DNA of 64,000 nt from Oceanispirochaeta sp. (GTDB taxonomy: Bacteria; Spirochaetota; Spirochaetia; DSM-2461): positions 448,001 through 512,000 of the forward strand of contig CAXXOA010000002.1 in assembly GCA_963666275.2 (NCBI GenBank), in the 5' to 3' direction. A model generated the notes under the pieces. That model made no database searches and was not told the DNA's origin. It saw nothing but the letters and a program-made list of their open reading frames with translations. Position 1 is the first letter of the stretch. Every line of letters starts with the position of its first letter. Shown in pieces: positions 31,363 to 39,841 of this stretch. Made by a program: the position numbers and the translations under genes.

Positions 31363-32742
31363 TTATCCAATAAATTTTTTATGAATTTCATTTAAAGCCC
31401 GTTTTTTGTCTTTTTCATGTATGACAAAAGAAATATTTCGTTCCGAAGAACCCTGGGCTATAGCGAGAATATTTACATCAGCTTCAGCAACAGCACTGAA
31501 AAGCTTTCCGGAGATCCCGACAGTACCGATCATATTTTCTCCAATCACAGCAATGATCACCAGATCGTTGACGATTTCAATATTCTGAATTTTTCTGGAT
31601 TCCATATTTTCAGCAAGATTCTTATGCAGTTTCTCACTGGCTGCCTGAACTTCCTCGGTTCTGCAGAGAATAGATATACTATGCTCGGAAGATGCCTGAG
31701 TGATCATAATGATGTTCACACCGGCTTCAGCCAGGGAGTTAAAGATCAGAGAGGCCACTCCTGGAATACCGACCATGCCGCCACCCTCTATATTTATAAG
31801 TGATACTTTATCAATGGATGCCAGACCGGTAATAATACTGTCTCTGTTACTGCTTTCCCCGGAGATAATTGTTCCTTCAGCTGCCGGATTGAGTGTATTT
31901 TTGATATAGACAGGAATTTTTTTATCAATGGTCGGTATGAGAGTATAGGGGTGAATGACTTCCGCACCGAAGTAGGATAATTCCATAGCTTCCTGAATGC
32001 TCAGTCTGGGGATTACATAGGCATTCTCAACTATCCTCGGATCTGCTGTTAAAACACCGTCAACATCGGTCCATATCTCTACTTCGGAAGCATCAAGAGC
32101 GGCTCCGATGATACTGGCTGTATAATCGCTTCCGTTTCTTCCCAGAGTTGTGGTTCTGTTATTCCTATCAGATCCGATAAATCCTGTGATTATACCAATG
32201 GAATTTCCGATTAGCTCTATGCGTTCTTTTATAAGTTTATAAGTGGTTTCAAAAATAACATTTCCCTTGCCAAACTGACTATCCGTTTTAATTATTGAAC
32301 GGGCGTCGATATACTCAGATCTGATACTGATGGAATTCATATAGCTGGCAACCTGAAAACAGTTCATTCTTTCGCCGAAACTCATAATGATATCTTTTGT
32401 TTTCAGAGAACACTCTCTAACCAGTTCCACACCATGAAGGATATCTTTTAATTCATTCAGCATCTGGTCAATCCCGCTTTTCAGTTGTTCAGGTACAGAA
32501 TTATTAAAAAGTTCTTCCATACAATTATAATGAATATTCCGGATTTCCCGTATATCCTGCAGATAGGCGGAATTACCGGATTCCGCTTTTTCGGCAGCAT
32601 CAATCAGGAGATTTGTGACCCCCTTCATAGCAGATAAAATGACAGTAACAGGCTGATTTTCAACAGCTGTAATTATACTGACGGTTTGCTGTATTCTTTT
32701 TGAATCGGCCAGTGAACTGCCGCCGAATTTCATAACTTTCAT
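31363..32742 (-). CDS. Monofunctional aspartate kinase with two ACT domains (ThrA-type kinase half)
   Basis: VMKFGGSS, TTLGRNGSDY, WTDVDG and ELSYFGA, with ACT motifs QASSEHSIS and QGSSERNIS. No dehydrogenase domain. Confidence 0.93.
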   Translation of the reverse strand: MKVMKFGGSSLADSKRIQQTVSIITAVENQPVTVILSAMKGVTNLLIDAAEKAESGNSAYLQDIREIRNIHYNCMEELFNNSVPEQLKSGIDQMLNELKDILHGVELVRECSLKTKDIIMSFGERMNCFQVASYMNSISIRSEYIDARSIIKTDSQFGKGNVIFETTYKLIKERIELIGNSIGIITGFIGSDRNNRTTTLGRNGSDYTASIIGAALDASEVEIWTDVDGVLTADPRIVENAYVIPRLSIQEAMELSYFGAEVIHPYTLIPTIDKKIPVYIKNTLNPAAEGTIISGESSNRDSIITGLASIDKVSLINIEGGGMVGIPGVASLIFNSLAEAGVNIIMITQASSEHSISILCRTEEVQAASEKLHKNLAENMESRKIQNIEIVNDLVIIAVIGENMIGTVGISGKLFSAVAEADVNILAIAQGSSERNISFVIHEKDKKRALNEIHKKFIG

Positions 32743-32860
32743 TTCTGGTTTAAATCCTTTAAAGGGGTTTCAGTTTTTATATCTTTTTTTTTCAAAATTT
32801 TCCATACCCTGCAATGTTATAGAGCCTATATTCCTATTTGTTGAACAACCTGATTCTTTA

Positions 32861-32889
32861 TTGACACAACATGATGCAATCTATAGATT
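32861..32889 (+). promoter_or_regulatory. Sigma-70 promoter of murA (leaderless candidate)
   Basis: TTGACA-N17-TAGATT-N6-ATG. Confidence 0.65.
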
Positions 32890-32895
32890 TTTAGG

Positions 32896-34173
32896 ATGCA
32901 CAAATATGAAATCGAAGGTGGCTTTCCCATTAAAGGGAAGATAAAAGCCAGTGGTAATAAAAATGCCGCTCTGCCCTGTATAGCGGCTGTACTCCTCACT
33001 GATGAGGTGGTTGAATTAAGCAATATACCTGAAATTGAAGATGTTCGGGTTATGATTGAAATTCTGGAATATCTTGGGTGTTCTGTCAAAAAAACCGGAG
33101 CCAACAGATTCCGGTTCAAAATGAATGATATCAAAAATGAGGTTCCCTATACACTGGCTTCCGCCGTAAGGGCTTCCATTCTGTTTGCCGGCCCTCTCCT
33201 TGCCAGAACCGGTAAGGTTATTCTTCCGCCTCCCGGGGGAGATGTTATAGGCAGAAGGCGACTGGATACGCATTTTATGGCCCTTACTTCTCTGGGCGGC
33301 AGGGTAGAGGTAGACGGCCAGTTTACAATTACGGCAAATAAACTTGTCGGTGTTGACCTTTTTCTGGACGAAGCTTCGGTTACAGCCACGGAGAATGCCA
33401 TAATGGCAGCAGTTCTGGCAGAAGGTATGACAGTTATACAGAATGCCGCATCTGAACCGCATGTTCAGGATCTCTGTAACATGCTCAATAGCATGGGTGC
33501 AAAGATTACAGGTATCGGTTCCAACATTCTCTATATCGAAGGCGTTAAAACCCTGAAGGGGACTGAATTTACCATTGGTTCAGATTTTATGGAAGTGGGA
33601 TCCTATATTGGTCTTGCTGCTGTTACCAGAGGAGAACTGGAGATTGAGGATGCGAATCCGGAAAATCTCAGGATGTGCAAAATAGCTTTTGGCAAAATGG
33701 GAATTCACTGGAAAACTGAGGGGAATACAATCCATATACCACCCAACCAGAATTTGAAGGTTGTAAGTGATATGGGTGGAATGATTCCTCAAATAGATGA
33801 TGCCCCCTGGCCCGGTTTTCCACCGGATCTGACAAGTATTATTACTGTTGTGGCAACTCAGGTAGAGGGAACAATACTTATCCATGAGAAAATGTTTGAA
33901 TCCCGCATGTTTTTTGTTGATAAACTCATTTCCATGGGAGCTGGAATTATACTCTGTGATCCTCATAGAGCTGTTGTGACGGGACCGAGAATCCTTACAG
34001 GATCTGATCTAGTCTCTCCGGATGTTAGGGCCGGTATGGCAATGGTGATCGCCGCTATGTGCGCCAGAGGAAAAAGTACAATCCATAATGTCTATCAGAT
34101 TGAAAGGGGTTATGAATCTCTTTCTGAGAAACTGAATAGCCTTGGTGCAAATATTAAGAGAATAAAAGAGTAG
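32896..34173 (+). CDS. murA: UDP-N-acetylglucosamine 1-carboxyvinyltransferase
   Basis: GNKNAALP, RASILFAGPLLAR, PGGDVIGRR (Asp at the Cys115-equivalent position), PWPGFPPD, DVRAG and IERGYE. Confidence 0.96.
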   Translation: MHKYEIEGGFPIKGKIKASGNKNAALPCIAAVLLTDEVVELSNIPEIEDVRVMIEILEYLGCSVKKTGANRFRFKMNDIKNEVPYTLASAVRASILFAGPLLARTGKVILPPPGGDVIGRRRLDTHFMALTSLGGRVEVDGQFTITANKLVGVDLFLDEASVTATENAIMAAVLAEGMTVIQNAASEPHVQDLCNMLNSMGAKITGIGSNILYIEGVKTLKGTEFTIGSDFMEVGSYIGLAAVTRGELEIEDANPENLRMCKIAFGKMGIHWKTEGNTIHIPPNQNLKVVSDMGGMIPQIDDAPWPGFPPDLTSIITVVATQVEGTILIHEKMFESRMFFVDKLISMGAGIILCDPHRAVVTGPRILTGSDLVSPDVRAGMAMVIAAMCARGKSTIHNVYQIERGYESLSEKLNSLGANIKRIKE

Positions 34174-34182
34174 GTTTTTTAC

Positions 34183-34408
34183 TTTTCAACAGGTTATCCA
34201 CAAGGAAAATCTTAATAACTTGGCAATCTGAGAGGTTTGCTAAGCTTTTTAATATTTTCCTTTTTTTATGTTAAATATATATACTAAAATAAAATAAAAT
34301 AACTAAAAGTAAATATAAAGAATTTATTTGCAGAATTACAATAATGTAATTAATACTTTGAGGAGAGTTTCATACAATCTTTCCACAGTTATGCACAAGT
34401 TATACACA
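34183..34408 (+). promoter_or_regulatory. Satellite DnaA-box cluster (right)
   Basis: TTTTCAACA 34183 and TTATCCACA 34194; CTTTCCACA 34379, TTATGCACA 34389 and TTATACACA 34400; very AT-rich between the two groups. Confidence 0.7.
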
Positions 34409-35023
34409 GGGTATCTCCAGTAAATATCCCTCTCGATAAATGACCCTTATATTCAATACATCAGGATAAAGAAGAGGGACACTATCTTTTAATTTCTTTT
34501 TCAGTCTTGAGATATAGACGAAAAGAGTTTTTTCATAATTTTCAGATTCTATTCCTATAAACCCGGAAATACTTTTGTACGGGCAAAGGGTATTTCTATT
34601 TGTGTACAGAAAGAATAGAATTCCTTTCTCCTTCTGAGTGAGAGCTATAGATTTTCCATCGATTCGGACAGAATTGGATAAAAACTCCAGCGGGGGAAAT
34701 GTTGAAGAGACTCTCTGCCAACTCAAGGCTTTGTCTAAGCGGTGAATTAACTCTCTCTCTGTCCATGGAGCCTTTAAATAGTCAAAAGATCCGAGGAGAA
34801 AAGCTTCTTCCAGATATTCAGGTTCACCGAATGAAAGTACTCTCATATTCTGAAATAGATCTGCCCGGAATATGAACATTTCTACAGGAATCACTATGAC
34901 GGGAAATCGGTTGTCTTCGATGAGAGTCTCTGAAAAAGAACAGATATTATATATTGCGGGATGATTGCATTTGACTGCGAATCGAATATGATCCGGAAGG
35001 GAAATACATAAAACGGCTTGCAT
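34400..35023 (-). CDS. OmpR/PhoB-type winged-helix protein with degenerate receiver-like N-terminus
   Basis: AFLLGSFDYLKAPW receiver remnant, plus wHTH motifs IALTQKEKGIL..VYISRLKKKL..IYREGY. Confidence 0.7.
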   Translation of the reverse strand: MQAVLCISLPDHIRFAVKCNHPAIYNICSFSETLIEDNRFPVIVIPVEMFIFRADLFQNMRVLSFGEPEYLEEAFLLGSFDYLKAPWTERELIHRLDKALSWQRVSSTFPPLEFLSNSVRIDGKSIALTQKEKGILFFLYTNRNTLCPYKSISGFIGIESENYEKTLFVYISRLKKKLKDSVPLLYPDVLNIRVIYREGYLLEIPCV

Positions 35024-35052
35024 AAAAAAAACCGGGCTTCATAAACCCGGTT
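35024..35052 (-). terminator. Intrinsic terminator after the STAS gene, abutting the next start codon
   Basis: Minus strand AACCGGGTTT-atg-AAGCCCGG-T8, then ATG. Confidence 0.7.
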
Positions 35053-35059
35053 GAAAGAA

Positions 35060-35614
35060 CTAACCCAAAAATACCTGACCGGTATTATCAATAGCCAGAA
35101 TTGTTTTACATTCACTGCATCGGAATCTTCCGGGCTTTGTGGCCTTCAGTTTTTTTGAACAGATTGGACAGCGGAAAATCTTTGGAAATATATCACTGGA
35201 TTTTGTTTCCCCTTCACTTTCAAAAAATGCAACAGCTTCATCAAGATTATCTTTAATATTGAAGAACTGTGAAAAACCGAGAAGCTGGAATACTTCGTAA
35301 ACTTTCGGCTGAATTTCCAGAAGTACGAGATTTCCTCCTCTGGGTTTTACTGTTTTAAGAAAAGCTGTGAAAGACCCTATTCCTGTACTGGAGACATAAT
35401 TGAGACTCCCGCAGTGAAAAATTAAGCGGGTAAAACCAGCTTCAATTGCTTTATTAACCCTTTTCTGAAAAAGGTTAGAGTTGTAGGTGTCGATATAACC
35501 CGTTAAATATAAAACCAGACAACCTTTTACAGAATCGATTTTCTGCAGTCTAATTTTTAGACTGTCATCTTTTTCTATATCAAATCCAGGTACGATCTCA
35601 TTGTTCCCACTCAT
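35060..35614 (-). CDS. Anti-sigma factor antagonist (STAS domain) with C-terminal zinc ribbon
   Basis: GYIDTYN, LNYVSSTGIG (phospho-Ser motif) and VYEVFQLLGF, plus CPIC..CSEC. Confidence 0.88.
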   Translation of the reverse strand: MSGNNEIVPGFDIEKDDSLKIRLQKIDSVKGCLVLYLTGYIDTYNSNLFQKRVNKAIEAGFTRLIFHCGSLNYVSSTGIGSFTAFLKTVKPRGGNLVLLEIQPKVYEVFQLLGFSQFFNIKDNLDEAVAFFESEGETKSSDIFPKIFRCPICSKKLKATKPGRFRCSECKTILAIDNTGQVFLG

Positions 35615-35667
35615 ATAATTTCACCTTTAAATTTTACGTAACTTGCTTATTAGAATATACATCCTCT

Positions 35668-35696
35668 ATTCTATTAATCTGCCAATGATTTGTCAA
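35668..35696 (-). promoter_or_regulatory. Sigma-70 promoter of the STAS gene
   Basis: TTGACA-N17-TAGAAT. Confidence 0.7.
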
Positions 35697-35805
35697 ATAA
35701 ATAAAAATAGTAATTTTTTATTATACGAAAAATAACTAGAATCCTTGATCTACCCAGATTGGGGAGTTAACATGTATAATACAAAAAACTTACCTGGAGA
35801 TATCC

Positions 35806-36282
35806 ATGAAAAAAATTCTTGTGATTTCAATTTTCTTCTTAACGGTATCCCTCTATTCCCAGGATTCAATACTTTCCAATCTGGATAATTTTTCTTTTAT
35901 TCCTACAGTGAAAAGCTTGAATTTAGCATCAGCTCAAGAACTGAATTCCTATATTGATAGCAGACTCTGGGTTGTTCTGGACGGCTCATTATCCTCTATT
36001 ACAAGACTTTCGGGAAGGGATGAAGAGTATCTGATTGAAACATCTCTCGTACAGGGAGAATGGCAGGATCTGGAACGGGTTGTAAAATATAACTGCCGTG
36101 CAATTTTTCAGGGGGATTACTGGATGGATATCATACCTGACAGAGTACCGAGAGATCCTTCGGATGATATGATTCTATTGAATACCCATGTCCTGATTCT
36201 GGGACAGCTGGTGAGTTATGAGCAATCTGACGGAATGAACATTCCCTATATTCTGGTTGATCAGATCCGGAAAATTCCCTGA
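35806..36282 (+). CDS. Exported hypothetical protein
   Basis: GGAG SD, N-terminal signal peptide, 158 aa, no family recognised. Confidence 0.75.
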   Translation: MKKILVISIFFLTVSLYSQDSILSNLDNFSFIPTVKSLNLASAQELNSYIDSRLWVVLDGSLSSITRLSGRDEEYLIETSLVQGEWQDLERVVKYNCRAIFQGDYWMDIIPDRVPRDPSDDMILLNTHVLILGQLVSYEQSDGMNIPYILVDQIRKIP

Positions 36283-36325
36283 TATCCCTAAACTGGGAAA
36301 TCTTTTCTTAAAAAGAACGGTATTA

Positions 36326-37426
36326 TCAGTAGAAGAGAATATGCCTGTCCTCAATCTCTTTATCCAGACCTGAGCGTATAGAGGCTCTTATTATAGTAGA
36401 TTTCAGCTCCCGAATATTTCCCGGCCAATGATAGTCCAGCAGAATATCCATAGCAGAAAGGGATATCCGTTTCTGAATTTTCTGATTTTTCAGAAAGTAG
36501 GTGCATAAGTGCGGAATATCCTCTTTTCTCTTCCTCAGGGGAGGAATATGGATCATCAAAGTATTGATACGATGGTAGAGATCTTCCCTGAATGTCCGTT
36601 CTTGTACCATCTGTTTGAGATTTCTGGAAGTGGCCGTGACAATCCTTGTATTCAATTGGATGATTTTATCAGAACCGAGAGGAGTCACTGTCTTTGTTTC
36701 CAGGACTCTGAGAAGCTTTGCCTGCATATTCAGAGACATTTCCCCGATTTCATCAAGGAAAAGGGTTCCACAATGGGCCTTCTGAAATAATCCGCTTCGG
36801 TTGATTGAATCGGTAAAGGCTCCTTTTGCCGTTCCGAAGAGTTCTGACTCCAGAAGATTTTCCGGGATGGCAGAACAGTTTTTTGCAATGAATTCTCCGG
36901 TATTCATATGACTCTCATGGAGAGCCATGGCTACAAGTTCCTTACCTGTACCTGATTCTCCCTGGATAGTAACAGACTCTTCTGTGGGACCGTACTGCTC
37001 GATTTCCTTCAGTATATCGCTGATCACCTGGGAGGAGCCAATAATTTTTGTATTTAATATACCGGATTGGTCAATGATATGATTCTTGTAGTAGTGGTAG
37101 TGCTGAATAATGTAGGTATAAACATCTTTGAATATGTAATCGGGAGTAAAGTATTTGGCAGATCTCTGGACCATTGGAAGAATGAGGGATATTTCATCTT
37201 CTGCTGCGCCCAGTATGATTATTTTTTCCAGGGAAGACCGTATCTTCTCTGATAAATTGGAAATCCTGGAAACTTCAGTGATTATGAAGTCTGCTGTTAT
37301 CCTGTTGTAATCATCCAGGGAAAAAACATCGTTCCTGATGATCTTTATTGTATCAGGCAAGAGAGTGCGAAATTGCTGAAATTTTTCTTTTCCTAAAGAA
37401 ATATATAACGTCATTTTTCCTTCCAA
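36326..37426 (-). CDS. Sigma-54 interaction (bEBP-type AAA+) domain protein lacking a C-terminal HTH
   Basis: GESGTGKELVA, ESELFG..KGAFTDS, GTLFLDEIGEM, FREDLYHR and WPGNIREL. Ends soon after the AAA+ lid. Confidence 0.88.
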   Translation of the reverse strand: MEGKMTLYISLGKEKFQQFRTLLPDTIKIIRNDVFSLDDYNRITADFIITEVSRISNLSEKIRSSLEKIIILGAAEDEISLILPMVQRSAKYFTPDYIFKDVYTYIIQHYHYYKNHIIDQSGILNTKIIGSSQVISDILKEIEQYGPTEESVTIQGESGTGKELVAMALHESHMNTGEFIAKNCSAIPENLLESELFGTAKGAFTDSINRSGLFQKAHCGTLFLDEIGEMSLNMQAKLLRVLETKTVTPLGSDKIIQLNTRIVTATSRNLKQMVQERTFREDLYHRINTLMIHIPPLRKRKEDIPHLCTYFLKNQKIQKRISLSAMDILLDYHWPGNIRELKSTIIRASIRSGLDKEIEDRHILFY

Positions 37427-37470
37427 TAAAAAAAGAGATTAACGCTATTGTAACCTATATATGGAGATAA

Positions 37471-37917
37471 TCAATCAATAATATTCATGTATTCATGAAT
37501 TTCTTTCCAATCTATCTTTAAAATCCTGGAAAGGTAGGCCCCTAATTTTGTTCTGAGAAAAGGAATGGAACAAATAAAACCGATCAGAGAACTTAATATA
37601 CCGGGCATTATCAGTATGAATGAAACAGCCAGACTCCCCGGGAGGGATAAATAGTGATCCAGAACCATAATATTGGATTTCAGATCCTCGTGTATCTGCT
37701 GCTGAATCTTTCTGATGATTCTTCTGGAAAGGAAAAACCCGAAAAAACTGAGTGCCATGAGGATGGCAAGGAAAAGATAATTCCCTATCAAGTAGGCCAG
37801 ATTCAGAATGAGAATGCAGTCCAGAACGGGTATAAATGAAACCAGGAGAAGAAAATACAGAAAATTTCTTGTAAATTCAGGTTGCAGTATATTTATGAGT
37901 ACTTTCAAATTCAGCAT
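37471..37917 (-). CDS. fxsA: FxsA family membrane protein
   Basis: Hydrophobic helices with the FxsA-like motif ILIMPGILSSLIG..IPFLR. Confidence 0.65.
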   Translation of the reverse strand: MLNLKVLINILQPEFTRNFLYFLLLVSFIPVLDCILILNLAYLIGNYLFLAILMALSFFGFFLSRRIIRKIQQQIHEDLKSNIMVLDHYLSLPGSLAVSFILIMPGILSSLIGFICSIPFLRTKLGAYLSRILKIDWKEIHEYMNIID

Positions 37918-37970
37918 GGGATGGATAGTACCATTATTTACTGGTTACAGCAATAATCCTGTATAATGGA

Positions 37971-38705
37971 TTATCTGGCCCGGCTTTTGATCTTTTCGAC
38001 TGTCAGAAGGAGAAAAAACAGAATATACCGTAAAAGTCTCCAGGGAAGAATCAATGAAAAGAACCCCTCCAGGAACATCTTCATTCCCTTCATATCTTTA
38101 GGCTTCTCTTTTTTTCCCGAAAAAATTTCAAAACAGCTTCTTCCCCACATGATAATACCCGGATTGAAGGCCTTGCTGTTTTTATAGAGCCATAGATTAT
38201 TGCCACTCAAACCTCTTCCTGTAAGGAGAAGGGTGGGAGAAGATTTTTTTATGGCAGTGATAACATTTTTCTCTTCCTGCCTGGTAAAAGAACCGGCGTA
38301 GCGACCTACGATCTGAAGACCGGGAAATGAGGTTTTGAGGTTTTTTTCAGACTGGAGAATATTCTTTTTTCTTGAACCGAGAATATAGATGGATTTCTGG
38401 TACTTTTCCAGAACTCCCAAAAGTCGGATCACAAAAGTGAATGGGTTATGAACTACCGGTTTTTCTCTTTTCAGCCAGGATGCCGCAAAGCGGACAGAGG
38501 TTGTGATAGGGATATTGAGTTCGGATTTTGCAAAACAGCTCTTCAGTTCCCTGTTAAACTGAGCCCTCATAATATCTCTGAAAGAGATAAAACAGATCTG
38601 AGAGCTGTTGCTGCTTTCAGAAAGAGAAAGGATTTTCTGTTCAATCTGATCTTCACTGAGATTATCAATAGGTATATTGAGAATCATAATCCTGTTTTGT
38701 GTCAC
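37971..38705 (-). CDS. WecB/TagA/CpsF family glycosyltransferase-like protein
   Basis: ILNIPIDNL, SIYILGS, FPGLQIVGRYAGSF and IKKSSPTLLLTG. Several canonical motifs are degenerate. Confidence 0.75.
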   Translation of the reverse strand: MTQNRIMILNIPIDNLSEDQIEQKILSLSESSNSSQICFISFRDIMRAQFNRELKSCFAKSELNIPITTSVRFAASWLKREKPVVHNPFTFVIRLLGVLEKYQKSIYILGSRKKNILQSEKNLKTSFPGLQIVGRYAGSFTRQEEKNVITAIKKSSPTLLLTGRGLSGNNLWLYKNSKAFNPGIIMWGRSCFEIFSGKKEKPKDMKGMKMFLEGFFSLILPWRLLRYILFFLLLTVEKIKSRAR

Positions 38706-39437
38706 TTAGAATAACTCCATAATTGTTATGACTGATGATAAGGCAAAGAGGCAGGCTGTCTCCGCACGGAGAACATTGTTCCCCAGATAGAGAGGCTGAA
38801 ACCCTTTCTGCTGCAGAAGGCGGATTTCTTTATCAGATAACCCTCCTTCCGGTCCAATCAGTATTTTTACTGTGTCCAGATCTTTTTGCAATAGTTCTGA
38901 CAAGGTATTTTGCTCAATGTAATCCTGATGACAGAAAAAGCCGCACTGCCTATCCTGAACCGGTGAGATCTCAGAGAGCAGTAGAGGATCAGACAGAACT
39001 GTATTGATAGTGGAACCGCTCTGCTGCTCCGCTTCCCGTACAATTTTTTCCAGACGGGCCTTTTTATGGGAAAAATCCTCATTACTGCGATACTGAATAA
39101 GAGAGTGATCACTGAAAAGGGGAGTAATTCTCGAAACACCCGTTTCTGTTGCCTGACGGACAATGCCATCGAGTTTCTTGCCTTTTGGAAAACAGCAGTA
39201 AAGTTCAAGACTGTAAGACCTTGCTACAGTTTCCTTCTCCTCAGAAATAGAGAGGGTGCAGGAGCTGGTGGAGATCTCAGTGATTTTTGCATCGTAAGAT
39301 GACCCTTTACTGTCCTTTACAGGAATTGTCTGGCCTGTGGAATGGCGTCTCACATGACAGAGGTAATGAAAATCTCTTCCTGTCAGTTCTATTGTGTCTC
39401 CGGAATGACAGGGTTTATCTATGACAAACTGCTTCAA
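38706..39437 (-). CDS. rsmE: 16S rRNA m3U1498 methyltransferase
   Basis: HYLCHVRR, QATETGV, IGPEGGLS and LGNNVLRAETA. Confidence 0.94.
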   Translation of the reverse strand: MKQFVIDKPCHSGDTIELTGRDFHYLCHVRRHSTGQTIPVKDSKGSSYDAKITEISTSSCTLSISEEKETVARSYSLELYCCFPKGKKLDGIVRQATETGVSRITPLFSDHSLIQYRSNEDFSHKKARLEKIVREAEQQSGSTINTVLSDPLLLSEISPVQDRQCGFFCHQDYIEQNTLSELLQKDLDTVKILIGPEGGLSDKEIRLLQQKGFQPLYLGNNVLRAETACLFALSSVITIMELF

Positions 39438-39841
39438 TCCTGCTCCCCGAGAATCGTTACCTGAACCTTTCTTGATCGTGGGCCATCGTATTCACAAAAA
39501 TAAATCCCCTGCCATGTTCCCAGGGTAAGCTGACCCTTATTAATGGGGATCATCAGATGAAATCCTGTAAAAGTCGCTTTGATATGAGCTGCTGAATTTC
39601 CTTCAAAATGCTGATAGTTATCATCAAAAGGGACTATTTTATTTATCTCTTTCATCATATCAGCTTTGACATCAGGATCGGCATTTTCATTTATTGTGAG
39701 ACCGGCAGTGGTATGGGGACAGTAGATGAGACAGGCACCCTCCTGAACCCCTTTTTCTTTCACAATTTTTTTAACATCAGAAGAGATATCAATCATCTCA
39801 GCTGCTGTATGTGAATTCACAGATATCAGATCAATTGCCAT
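39434..39841 (-). CDS. yjbQ: YjbQ/UPF0047 family protein
   Basis: PHTTAGLTINENADPDV, HFEGNSAAHIK and LGTWQGIYFCEYDGPRSR. TGATG overlap with the ctpA stop. Confidence 0.93.
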   Translation of the reverse strand: MAIDLISVNSHTAAEMIDISSDVKKIVKEKGVQEGACLIYCPHTTAGLTINENADPDVKADMMKEINKIVPFDDNYQHFEGNSAAHIKATFTGFHLMIPINKGQLTLGTWQGIYFCEYDGPRSRKVQVTILGEQD

